This document shows, piece by piece, positions 1 through 9,239 of a DNA stretch of 64,000 nucleotides. Each line of letters opens with the position of its first letter. The first letter of the stretch is position 1. The DNA lies in contig CAVPHZ010000002.1 of assembly GCA_963704905.1 (NCBI GenBank), positions 75,011-139,010 of the forward strand. The letters run 5' to 3'. The notes under the pieces are model-generated. The model was given only the letters and a program-made list of their open reading frames with translations. It had not been told where the DNA came from and ran no database searches. This stretch comes from Candidatus Chisholmbacteria bacterium. Its GTDB lineage: Bacteria > Patescibacteriota > Microgenomatia > UBA1400 > Chisholmbacteraceae. A program made the position numbers and the translations under genes.

Positions 1-1
1 G

Positions 2-928
2 TCAAAAAAGCAGTCGCTTACACAAATAACAACTCGAGTTCTGGAAAAGCTTCCGAGCATTCTGGCTAAATATAATCCATCTATGGTTGCAATCCCATCA
101 GATCCACCTTCTGATCTTGCTGCCGCACTCGTAGGTTACTATCTCAAGATTCCTGTCGCACATATCGAATCAGGGCTTCGCACATACGATAAACACCATC
201 CCTTTCCGGAAGAAGTAGTACGGTTGCTTGTGGACCACATATCTGATCTCCATTTTGCTCCTACCCAGGAGACGAAAGAGAACTTACTTAAAGAGAATTT
301 CAAATCAAAAACAATCACTATCACTGGAAACACAGGTATCGACGCGTTAGCTATCATGATGAAAAAGGAAAAGTTAAAGAGAAATAAACGCGTTTTTAAA
401 TCATCAATGAATGTTCTTCTGACAACACATCGTCGAGAAAGTTGGGGTAAGCATATTGGATTAATCTTGAAAGCTGTTGCTTCAATTTCGAAAAAATTTC
501 CAGTTAACATAACATACCTAGTCCATCCTAATCCTGTTATTCAAAGTCAAGTGGACCTAATATTTAAGAATAGAGAAAACGTCAAGCTTACCCCACCAGC
601 ATCATATTCAGAGATGGTGCATTTACTGGCAATGTCTGATCTAATCATTACTGATTCTGGAGGAATTCAAGAAGAGGCAACATATCTGGGTATTCCAACG
701 CTTGTTGTAAGGGAAAAAACAGAAAGAAAAGAAGGGGTTAGAGCTGGTGTGTTGAAAGTCATTGGAAGACAGAAACAGATGATAATAAAAGAAGTTACAA
801 AGCTACTGACAGATGAAAAGGTATACAAAAAGATGGCTAGACCAAGTAATGTATATGGAGATGGGCATGCAAGTAAAAAAATCATTAAAAAAATCAAATA
901 TTATTTGTATATTACTAAGAATGGCTGA
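2..928 (+). CDS. wecB: UDP-N-acetylglucosamine 2-epimerase (non-hydrolysing), 5' end outside window
   Basis: Frame is open from position 2 (SKKQSLTQITTRVLEKL...). Motifs HIESGLRT, FPEE, THRRES, TDSGGIQEEA, TERKEG, YGDGHAS. Confidence 0.9.
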   Translation, partial: SKKQSLTQITTRVLEKLPSILAKYNPSMVAIPSDPPSDLAAALVGYYLKIPVAHIESGLRTYDKHHPFPEEVVRLLVDHISDLHFAPTQETKENLLKENFKSKTITITGNTGIDALAIMMKKEKLKRNKRVFKSSMNVLLTTHRRESWGKHIGLILKAVASISKKFPVNITYLVHPNPVIQSQVDLIFKNRENVKLTPPASYSEMVHLLAMSDLIITDSGGIQEEATYLGIPTLVVREKTERKEGVRAGVLKVIGRQKQMIIKEVTKLLTDEKVYKKMARPSNVYGDGHASKKIIKKIKYYLYITKNG

Positions 929-1749
929 TGCCGCAGACCAACCCAATTAAAACTAAATACTTTCACTTTGCCGATAAGATTATTGAGAAGCGTTTCTCGT
1001 CTCCATTTCATCAGCGAAGATATATCCATAAAAAAAGTTACGATTCATTTTTAAAGCATGTGACACCAAGGCAAATTGTTGCTGATATTGGTTCAGGAGA
1101 GGGTGTTTTGAGTGCGCTCATGGCCAAAAAGAATACTCAAGTAGTGGCTGTCGAGATTTCAAAATCAAACATCGTTGCCGCTAAACAGTTCGCAAAACAC
1201 CTGGGTGTAAACGAAAACATCCATTTTGTCCTCGGTGATGCCGAAAATATACCGCTTAAAACAAAAAGAATTGATCTTGTAGTTTCCAGCCATGTACTAG
1301 AGCATTTACCAAGCTTTGATAGAGGGTTGTCAGAGTTAAAACGTATCGCAAAAGGGTGGATAATAATAGGAGTACCAACCTGTCTAAATTGGTGTGCAAT
1401 ACCACTCCTAGGAGGAGGTAACTATTGGCAATTAAGCTTATTTACTCCTCTCCACATAGTTAGAGGACTGCTCAGAATTATTATTAGTTTAGGAAGTGAG
1501 GGGGTCAATGAGGGATATGCTGGAACAAATTTACCCCATATTTGGAGATATCCTTGGACGCTTAGTAAGAGATTAAAGAAAGCGAATCTGAAAATTGAAT
1601 CCATTGAGGCTCCTAGTTTAGTACCACCGTATTTACTAACATACATAACAGCAATACTTCCAATATACAAATTAATTGATTTGGGCACACGATTACCTTT
1701 ACTCAAGCATATGGGATATGGGACAACATTGATGCTAAAAAATGACTAA
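928..1749 (+). CDS. Class I SAM-dependent methyltransferase (Methyltransf_11-like), probably glycan-modifying
   Basis: DIGSGEG motif I, GDAENIP, SHVLEHL. Start overlaps the wecB stop. Confidence 0.8.
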   Translation: MPQTNPIKTKYFHFADKIIEKRFSSPFHQRRYIHKKSYDSFLKHVTPRQIVADIGSGEGVLSALMAKKNTQVVAVEISKSNIVAAKQFAKHLGVNENIHFVLGDAENIPLKTKRIDLVVSSHVLEHLPSFDRGLSELKRIAKGWIIIGVPTCLNWCAIPLLGGGNYWQLSLFTPLHIVRGLLRIIISLGSEGVNEGYAGTNLPHIWRYPWTLSKRLKKANLKIESIEAPSLVPPYLLTYITAILPIYKLIDLGTRLPLLKHMGYGTTLMLKND

Positions 1750-1758
1750 TTAATCCTA

Positions 1759-3006
1759 CTAAGTTGTTTGTGAATCAATTTTTAAAAATTGATACCAAGC
1801 ATAAGTACTCATTGAAAATCTTGAAATTATACGAGCTAAAATTGCACCTAGAATACCATATGTTGGGGTAAGTATGAGCAAGAAGGATACCTGTAGTACT
1901 GAGTACAGTAAGTTTAAATTTAGCAGTTTTTTAGAAAATCCCTGCGCTTGAAAAAAACTAGTAATCAGATTCATAGGTAATGCTAGTAAAGAAACTGAAA
2001 AAAGACGCGACAGTGAGATAGATTCGGAATATTCAGGAAAAAGCAACTTAAAGAGAAAGGGAGCTACAATGATGTAACTTCCAACAAGCGGTAAGAGAAA
2101 TAGAGTATAGGTCAAATAATGTCTACGGATTGACAATCGAAAAACATCTTGTTTCTGCTCAGAAAGTTTTGGAAGAGATAGTGAGCTAATGTTTTTCAAG
2201 AAACCCTTAAGTAGCTCAGGAATAGCTACTGCAAATGAAAATATAGCCAAGTCTTCAACGGTAAGGAAAGCACCAATGAGCACTTTGTCAAAATGGAATG
2301 CTACCAGAGCTGGAATTTCAGTAATACTCAATTTCAATCCGTATAAAGCATCTTTCTTAATTCCTTTTAGGGAGAATTGGAGTGAATATCCTTGAATGAC
2401 TGTAAGAGTATAGAACGCTCGAAATAAGACCTCAGGAATAATTGAAACAGCTATGAGGACAAGGACAGAACGAATACCGATTGATAACAAAAGTACGAGT
2501 AAAACAGATGTAATAGTTGTTGGTATCAAATTAAGTAAATTTTCCCTGCGAAATTGTTTTTTACCTTGTAGATCTGAACTGTATAGCTTGAATCCATGAT
2601 AAAAAGGGAATACAAAAGCTAAAAGGAGTAAGGGTTTTGCAACAACTGTATCCACAATAAAAATTGCAAATATAACTAAAGTAATCATTCCAAAAATTGA
2701 ACTTAAAAAAGTCAATAAAATCATTTGAGGAAGTATAAAGGTTCGATTCCTTGACACTGCTCTAACGACAGCTACACCCATTCCAGATAAACCAAAAAAA
2801 CCAAATAACTGAAATAAAGATTGAGTATATGTATATTGTCCGAAAAGCTCTTTAGATAGAAAACGGCTGAATGCAACTGCCGTAACGAATGATGCAAGTG
2901 CAGATACACCCTGCCCGATGCTCATCCATGTAAAATTCTTACCGAAGTAACGGACATCTAACCCAAGCGTAGATTCAAGACGATGAACGATTGATGATTT
3001 ATTCAT
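1759..3006 (-). CDS. Wzx-type oligosaccharide flippase (MOP superfamily)
   Basis: About 12 TM segments; patterns FSRFLSKELFGQY, DKVLIG...AIFSFA, PTYGILGA. Confidence 0.8.
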   Translation of the reverse strand: MNKSSIVHRLESTLGLDVRYFGKNFTWMSIGQGVSALASFVTAVAFSRFLSKELFGQYTYTQSLFQLFGFFGLSGMGVAVVRAVSRNRTFILPQMILLTFLSSIFGMITLVIFAIFIVDTVVAKPLLLLAFVFPFYHGFKLYSSDLQGKKQFRRENLLNLIPTTITSVLLVLLLSIGIRSVLVLIAVSIIPEVLFRAFYTLTVIQGYSLQFSLKGIKKDALYGLKLSITEIPALVAFHFDKVLIGAFLTVEDLAIFSFAVAIPELLKGFLKNISSLSLPKLSEQKQDVFRLSIRRHYLTYTLFLLPLVGSYIIVAPFLFKLLFPEYSESISLSRLFSVSLLALPMNLITSFFQAQGFSKKLLNLNLLYSVLQVSFLLILTPTYGILGAILARIISRFSMSTYAWYQFLKIDSQTT

Positions 3007-3063
3007 GACGAAGATATTATACGGGATAGTTGAACGTTAAAGGTGGTGATGATGATGAGGATG

Positions 3064-3069
3064 TATAAT
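3064..3069 (+). promoter_or_regulatory. -10 element (TATAAT) 9 nt before GTG 3079; mirrored by an identical element on the minus strand at 3021-3016
   Basis: GTATAATATCTTC at 3063-3075 is the exact reverse complement of 3010-3022. Confidence 0.55.
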
Positions 3070-3078
3070 ATCTTCACT

Positions 3079-3915
3079 GTGAATAAAGATGATCTGCTAT
3101 TTATCTTTTTCCCGTTCGTACTTGCTGGAGCCATTATCTTTGGACATTACCGCTTATTATTTGAGAACAATCCAGAGGCTCATATCGCTCCTGCATCATC
3201 GCAAAGTTTGGTTCAGCTGATTGAGAATAAAGATCTCGTACCGGTGACAATCTCAACTCCAATTCCACAAAAAATTATTAGTATTGCTCAGGAAATCCCT
3301 ACAAGTGATAAACAGCTAACCGAACTAATGAGTCAGGCAGAATCACAAGGAGCCAATACCATACTACTTTTTGTTGGATTGGCTATTGATTTGGATGGAA
3401 ATGTATACATGCCCAAGGCTGATGCCAGCTCTGAGGAAATGCTCATTCGCTGGACAAAAAAAACAGTGAGTGAAGCACACAAGTATGGACTTCACACCTA
3501 CGTCGCCTTAACCATTGTTGAGGAACCAAAAATACAGAACATCAATACTTTTATGAAACAGGTTAGCGGATACATCGATCGTTGGTCAAGCATGGCGCAT
3601 GAATATCATGTTTCCTTTTTTGATCCGGGATTAATTGTTGGTCATCCTACCTATCGAAGCCTTTCTCAAGCGGATCAAAATCTGCTGGGGGTCTTTTTTG
3701 AGAGAAAAACCAGAGAAACCTACACCGGCAGAATTGGCGTACAGGTATGTTGCGGAGCCTCAAGCTTGTTGCCCGGTGGTTATAATCATCTGCTCTTAAT
3801 TACTCGTTCGGGGAATGTTGAATATAGTCAGGAAGCCCTCGATCTATTGAAAAAGCCAGGTATTGAATATATTTTTCTCCTGGATCTGGAACATCAGCGA
3901 ATGACGTCGCTCTAG
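3079..3915 (+). CDS. Membrane-anchored hypothetical protein, possible degenerate TIM-barrel glycoside-hydrolase-like fold
   Basis: N-terminal TM helix; GANTILL, AHKYGLHTYV and ETYTGRIG segments recall GH113-like barrels. Start GTG 3079 chosen over 3043 because of the -10 element. Confidence 0.5.
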   Translation: MNKDDLLFIFFPFVLAGAIIFGHYRLLFENNPEAHIAPASSQSLVQLIENKDLVPVTISTPIPQKIISIAQEIPTSDKQLTELMSQAESQGANTILLFVGLAIDLDGNVYMPKADASSEEMLIRWTKKTVSEAHKYGLHTYVALTIVEEPKIQNINTFMKQVSGYIDRWSSMAHEYHVSFFDPGLIVGHPTYRSLSQADQNLLGVFFERKTRETYTGRIGVQVCCGASSLLPGGYNHLLLITRSGNVEYSQEALDLLKKPGIEYIFLLDLEHQRMTSL

Positions 3916-3945
3916 CAGTGGCGCAGATGAAGATAACTCAAGAAT

Positions 3946-4896
3946 TTAAATCTGTTTTTTAAAGTAATCAATGGTCGATTTGAGGCCATCATCGAGTGTT
4001 ACTTTCGCTTCATACTTAAGTATTTGCTTTGCCTTAGCCAATGCCGGTTTCCGTCTGGCAGGATCATCTTCCCGGGCCCTCGCATACACAATATTTGAAG
4101 ATGTATTGGTGAGTTTTTTAATCTGTAAAGCCAGGTCAAGCATCGTGAATTCTTTATCGGTACCAATGTTAATAGGAGTATTTCGAGCTTGAGGCGAATC
4201 CATAGCCCGGATGATAAATTCAACTAAGTCAGTCACATAACAAAAACTTCGTGTTTGCCTTCCATCTCCATGAACGGTAAGCGGTTCACCGCGCAATGCC
4301 TGCATGACAAAGTTCGGTATGACTCTGCCGTCACGGGGATCCATTCGTGGCCCGTACGTGTTGAAAATGCGCACATATCGAACGTCGAGGTTAAACTTCC
4401 GTGCAAATGTGGTCACCGCCATTTCACCAAACCGCTTTGAAACGTCATAACAGGCGCGTACACCAATGGGATTGACATTCCCCCAGTATTTCTCCTTCTG
4501 CGGGTGTTCCAGCGGATCACCATACACCTCAGAAGTTGAGGCATAGAGAAATTTGGCATTGCTTTTTTTGGCATACTCTAATAAGTAATGAGTGCCAAAT
4601 GAGTTAACCTTATATGTTGCAATCGGCTCATCCATATAACCCCGTGGACTTGCAGGACTGGCAAAATGAAACAGTTCATCAATCTGAAGATTGGAGCTGA
4701 GATAGCTTTTGACAGGCTCTGAAACATCTGCTTCGAGTAAAGTGAAAGATTCATTATGCTTCAGATGCTCAATATTCTTCTTGTTTCCCGTAATGTAATT
4801 ATCAACAGCAATAACCTTCTTTCCCTCTGAAAGAAGTCGTTCACAAAGATGCGATCCGATAAATCCAGCTCCGCCGGTAACCAATGCAGTTTTCAT
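3946..4896 (-). CDS. UDP-glucuronate decarboxylase (UXS-like extended SDR)
   Basis: TGGAGFIGSHL, ASPASP, STSEVYGDP, YWGNVNPIGVRACYDVSKR, RIFNTYGPRM, QTRSFCYV. Confidence 0.92.
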   Translation of the reverse strand: MKTALVTGGAGFIGSHLCERLLSEGKKVIAVDNYITGNKKNIEHLKHNESFTLLEADVSEPVKSYLSSNLQIDELFHFASPASPRGYMDEPIATYKVNSFGTHYLLEYAKKSNAKFLYASTSEVYGDPLEHPQKEKYWGNVNPIGVRACYDVSKRFGEMAVTTFARKFNLDVRYVRIFNTYGPRMDPRDGRVIPNFVMQALRGEPLTVHGDGRQTRSFCYVTDLVEFIIRAMDSPQARNTPINIGTDKEFTMLDLALQIKKLTNTSSNIVYARAREDDPARRKPALAKAKQILKYEAKVTLDDGLKSTIDYFKKQI

Positions 4897-4924
4897 AACC
4901 CCACAGATTGTATACTATACAAGA

Positions 4925-6496
4925 ATGAAATCCACTGAAAAAACCTTACTTATTCTACTGCTGTTAGTAACCTTTTTCAAAGGTGTGGTATGGTCGGCGT
5001 TTATTCCCATATGGCATACACCCGACGAGCAAGCCCATTTTGCTCAGGTGCAATACTATGCTGAAACAAATAGCAGAACATTCGCGGGCAACGATCTTTC
5101 CAAAGAAGTGTACGAGTCGGAACGGCTGTTAGGCACCTTACGTGATGATATGGGAAATAACGCCTTCACCTACCACCCGGAGTACAACATTGACTTTGGT
5201 ACAACAACAACGGGAATTTATGAATATCAGCTTTCAACGCTTCCCCATAGTTTTCGTACAGAATTTGTCAAAAAAGAAGCAGCCAGATATCCACCGCTGT
5301 TCTATATCATTAGTAGTCTAGGGTATAGAGTTGGAATGAATTCAGACATATTCGTCCGCATATTTCTGACAAGATATATATCGATAATCATGGGCACAGC
5401 AACCGTATGGATAAGTTATCTTTTAGCCAAGGAGATATTTTCCCGGAATGGGTTGCTATCAATTTCTATCGCAGCGTTTGTTTCATTTCAGCCAATGTTT
5501 ACCTTCCTGAATGCAGGTATAAATAATGATAATTTAATGAATCTGCTAGCCACAATTTTGCTCTGGTTGATGGTCAGAAGCCTGCGAACAGGAATCACCC
5601 TTGCAAGCAGTATCGCTATGGGCCTGGTAATCGGTTTAGGTATCATCACCAAGCAATTACTCTATCCGTTTATTCCGCTTCCGATACTGGTTTTTGGTTA
5701 TGAAATCCTCTTTCGCAAGGACAGGCAATCTAGTGCAGTCAAGAAAGTTATTCCCTTTCTCTTTGCACTGGTTCTTTTTGGCGGGATGGTATTTATTCAG
5801 CAATGGATACGAGGCGGCAAGCTTCCTGCCTGGCCATCTGGATCTGCTTCAGCTGCATCGGCCGACCTAACGATAACCGACTATCTCTTACAAAAATTTC
5901 CCCAGCTCTATAGAGAGACTTTTCCTTGGTATTGGGGGGTTTTCAAATGGTTGGGGGTTGTCTTGCCACTTAATGTTCTTCGGGCAATTAAAGTGGCTAT
6001 TGCAATTTCATTCATCGGCTTAGTAAAATACATCGCGAGCCAATTTAAGTTGAGAAAGTTAACAACTCAAGATTGGCAATTTCTGCTACTCATATTTTCC
6101 TCTGCCTGGTATATATACTGGTTGTTGATGTGGGATTTCATGCTCATCCGTTCGATAGGATTTTCACACGGATTACAGGGAAGGTACTTTTTTCCCAACC
6201 TGGCAGCTCATCTCACCTTAATCGCATTTGGGTTTTGGAACATTTCAAATCGTTATAAAATTAATATTCTTAAAGTCATGACCATCGCTATGATTGCTCT
6301 CAACACCATTGGACTCTACACAGTAATACACAGCTATTACCAGGTGTTCCCCATCTCGGTTCTTATAACTCAGGCGAGTCAATATAAACCATTGGTATTT
6401 AAAGGTCTTGGTTTGGTTGCTTGGGTAGCAATATACATTGCGTTATCTGGACAATTTATATCTCAGTATCTGTCATATAAGAAAGAGGACGCATGA
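4925..6496 (+). CDS. GT-C fold membrane glycosyltransferase (DUF2142/PMT-like)
   Basis: PDEQAH acidic motif after TM1, YPPLFY, INNDNL, QGRYFFP; many TM helices. Confidence 0.7.
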   Translation: MKSTEKTLLILLLLVTFFKGVVWSAFIPIWHTPDEQAHFAQVQYYAETNSRTFAGNDLSKEVYESERLLGTLRDDMGNNAFTYHPEYNIDFGTTTTGIYEYQLSTLPHSFRTEFVKKEAARYPPLFYIISSLGYRVGMNSDIFVRIFLTRYISIIMGTATVWISYLLAKEIFSRNGLLSISIAAFVSFQPMFTFLNAGINNDNLMNLLATILLWLMVRSLRTGITLASSIAMGLVIGLGIITKQLLYPFIPLPILVFGYEILFRKDRQSSAVKKVIPFLFALVLFGGMVFIQQWIRGGKLPAWPSGSASAASADLTITDYLLQKFPQLYRETFPWYWGVFKWLGVVLPLNVLRAIKVAIAISFIGLVKYIASQFKLRKLTTQDWQFLLLIFSSAWYIYWLLMWDFMLIRSIGFSHGLQGRYFFPNLAAHLTLIAFGFWNISNRYKINILKVMTIAMIALNTIGLYTVIHSYYQVFPISVLITQASQYKPLVFKGLGLVAWVAIYIALSGQFISQYLSYKKEDA

Positions 6497-7236
6497 TAGT
6501 AGGTATTATCGGAATGGGAGAGGTCGGAGGCGCAATAAAAAAGCTGTGTGAGAAGAAGCATGAAGTCTACTGGAGAACTCGTTCGGAAGACACGCTCAGC
6601 GGAAAACAGATTGATATTCTTCATTTATGTTTTCCATTCAATGAGAATTTTAAGCAAACAGCAATCGATGCTATCAATGAATTACGCCCGAAGTTAGTTA
6701 TTAATGATTCATCTGTCGAGCCAGGAGTTACTGAAGATATTTATAGTGCAACCAACACGCTTATCGTGCACGCTCCAATTATTGGCAAACACCCAGATCT
6801 ATATAAATATTTGTTTGAACTTGACAAGATCATCGGCCCGATCAATGATGAAGCATTTCAGTTAGCCAAGCTGCACTTTGAAGACTTAGGAGTCAAAACA
6901 GTCAGATTTAATTCACCTAGAGAGTCTGAGCTAGCCAAGATTTTATCAACAACCTACTACGGATGGAATATCATATTTGAGAAATTTGTTCATCGACTTT
7001 GCAAAGAGCAAGGTCTGGAGTTTGACAATGTTTATACAAAATTAAATACACTCTACAACGAAGGCTATGCGAAAACTCTGCCATATGTACGAAGACCAGT
7101 GTTGAAACACGAAGATGGTGAAATCGGAGGGCATTGCATAGTTCCCAACGCCAGAATCATCAATAGCTGGATCAACGACGAGTTCACGCAATTCTTACTT
7201 GCCCAAAATGAAAAAGCCAAAGCAGCAAAAGAGTAG
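6493..7236 (+). CDS. Short UDP-glucose/GDP-mannose dehydrogenase-family protein lacking the C-terminal domain
   Basis: GMGEVG Rossmann motif, SSVEPGVTE, SELAK, IGGHC; only 247 aa. Confidence 0.7.
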   Translation: MIVGIIGMGEVGGAIKKLCEKKHEVYWRTRSEDTLSGKQIDILHLCFPFNENFKQTAIDAINELRPKLVINDSSVEPGVTEDIYSATNTLIVHAPIIGKHPDLYKYLFELDKIIGPINDEAFQLAKLHFEDLGVKTVRFNSPRESELAKILSTTYYGWNIIFEKFVHRLCKEQGLEFDNVYTKLNTLYNEGYAKTLPYVRRPVLKHEDGEIGGHCIVPNARIINSWINDEFTQFLLAQNEKAKAAKE

Positions 7237-8713
7237 TAGGAAACTCGTTTATAAACTTTTTCCGTTAATAGGTATTCTCCTTTTGGCCATTTTTTTTCGC
7301 TTCTACAAGCTCGGAGATCTCCTTCACTGGACGCTCGATGAGGAGTATTGGGCCTACGTTTCATATAATCTTTCTACGGGATATCACATTCCCTTGATTG
7401 GTGGTCCGGTTTCCGGAACCGGAATGCAATTAGGGCCTCTTTACGTCTGGCTCATGGCTTTGCCGTTTGCGATTTTCCACGGAGATCCTATTGGAGTGGG
7501 AGCATTGATGTCACTTCTGGGTGTGGTCACAACCGGTTTGTTGTACTTAGTCACAACAAAAATTTGGGATCGCAAAGTCGGTTTCATAGCTTCCCTCATG
7601 TGGGCGTGCTCCTTCTTGGTTACTATCTACGATAGAAAATTTTGGAACGCAAGCCCAATACCCTTGTTGAGTTTAATGGCATTCTTTTGCGTGTATCAAA
7701 TCTCAAAAGGAAAACTCCGCTGGACGTACCTGCTTGCGGTTACGTTGGCAATTGCCTTCCATGCTCACATGACATCAGCTGCATTATTTCTGTTTGTTTT
7801 TGTGAGTTGGTTGTTGCTGAAAATTCCGCTAAGGAAAAAACAAGCACTGCTGAGTATTACAGTATTTCTCCTGCTGCAAACGCCATTAGCACTCTTTGAG
7901 CTGCGACACGAGTATTTCAATACCAACGCAATAATATCATTCGTCTCGCAAAAGAAGCAGCGAACATCCATCATGCAGTCAGTACAAGACGTAGGGAGTC
8001 TCGCTCTCAACACCTCTTCAAGGCTCATCTATGTACACCCAAATAGAGATATCGCTGACGAATTAACACTTTGTAGAGACTATGCTCAGAAGAGAACCAT
8101 TCCTTCCGCAGTATTTTCAATACCTATCCTGATCTCGATAGCCTCTATGATAAAACGTCGTTCAGGAACAGGGGAGAAACTCGTACTCATACTAGTGCTG
8201 ACGAATCTTCTTGGTCTGCTCTGGTTTCGCATCAACGCAAATCAGCAGAGTTGGTATACAGGACAACTGAATGAATACTACTTACTACCAAGTTTCCCGG
8301 CATATTTCATGATCATCGCTTTGACTTTTCGAGACGTATCAAGACGAAGCGCAATATTAAAGTGGATTATTATTGGTGGATTGTTACTCTACGCACTGTC
8401 TAATACCCAAACTCTGCTTTCAGCCAGGCACTCAGGAGGTTTTCAAAAGAAAAAAGAAATAATCAATAAAGTATTGTTGGACGTTCACAACAGACCATTT
8501 ACATTTACAGTTAAAAGCAAAGATAAGTGCCGTTTGTATGGGTATCGTTATCTGCTAACGGTAAGAAATCAGGAACCAGTAAACAGTTATCTCGATGGAC
8601 AGTTTGGCTGGTTGTATGAAAAAAGACTCTCAGCAGTCAAACCTGAACTGCAAGTTACAGTGCAGTATGAAGACGGAAAGATGAGCTATGTAATCGAACC
8701 TTCGGAACAATAA
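7208..8713 (+). CDS. GT-C fold membrane glycosyltransferase (ArnT/PMT_2-like)
   Basis: RFYKL...WTLDEE after TM1, LIGGP...LGPLY, RKFWNAS; multi-TM. ATG 7208. Confidence 0.75.
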   Translation: MKKPKQQKSSRKLVYKLFPLIGILLLAIFFRFYKLGDLLHWTLDEEYWAYVSYNLSTGYHIPLIGGPVSGTGMQLGPLYVWLMALPFAIFHGDPIGVGALMSLLGVVTTGLLYLVTTKIWDRKVGFIASLMWACSFLVTIYDRKFWNASPIPLLSLMAFFCVYQISKGKLRWTYLLAVTLAIAFHAHMTSAALFLFVFVSWLLLKIPLRKKQALLSITVFLLLQTPLALFELRHEYFNTNAIISFVSQKKQRTSIMQSVQDVGSLALNTSSRLIYVHPNRDIADELTLCRDYAQKRTIPSAVFSIPILISIASMIKRRSGTGEKLVLILVLTNLLGLLWFRINANQQSWYTGQLNEYYLLPSFPAYFMIIALTFRDVSRRSAILKWIIIGGLLLYALSNTQTLLSARHSGGFQKKKEIINKVLLDVHNRPFTFTVKSKDKCRLYGYRYLLTVRNQEPVNSYLDGQFGWLYEKRLSAVKPELQVTVQYEDGKMSYVIEPSEQ

Positions 8714-8736
8714 CAAATAAAAATCAAAATAAGATA

Positions 8737-9147
8737 CTACTCTTCTTCAGTGATCCTACCCAGAATCTTATTTTGTACTCCATATGAAACCAGAAACGTA
8801 CCTATTAATATAAGAATCGAAACTATAAGATTATCCTGGAAAAACCATGAGATCGATGAATAAAAAAACGTTACAGCAATGAGCGCCGACATTGCTGCGA
8901 TTTTTAACCGCTCTAATTTATATTGCTGCTCATAGAAAAGGGCGTCTTTGGTGCGGTAGTTTTCCTGTATTTTTTCCCGATCTTTGAGACGAATAAGAAT
9001 AGTCATTCCCCACATCCAAATGACAAATCCGAGCCAAAACATCTGCCAGATATATTGGAAACCTCCTTGAGTAACCAAAATGTGTCCAGTACCAAGAAAA
9101 ATTGATAAAAAAAGGAGAACCCCAACCAATTGAAGAAATCTAAGCAT
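8737..9147 (-). CDS. Small 4-TM hypothetical membrane protein
   Basis: Fills the gap between GT genes; four hydrophobic segments. Confidence 0.6.
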   Translation of the reverse strand: MLRFLQLVGVLLFLSIFLGTGHILVTQGGFQYIWQMFWLGFVIWMWGMTILIRLKDREKIQENYRTKDALFYEQQYKLERLKIAAMSALIAVTFFYSSISWFFQDNLIVSILILIGTFLVSYGVQNKILGRITEEE

Positions 9148-9239
9148 ATCGAGTTCTTTCTATATCTACTCTGACATATTATGAGCCTCAATGCAAATAG
9201 GTTCTCTCGCTCACCTCTGATACAATTAATAAAGACACG

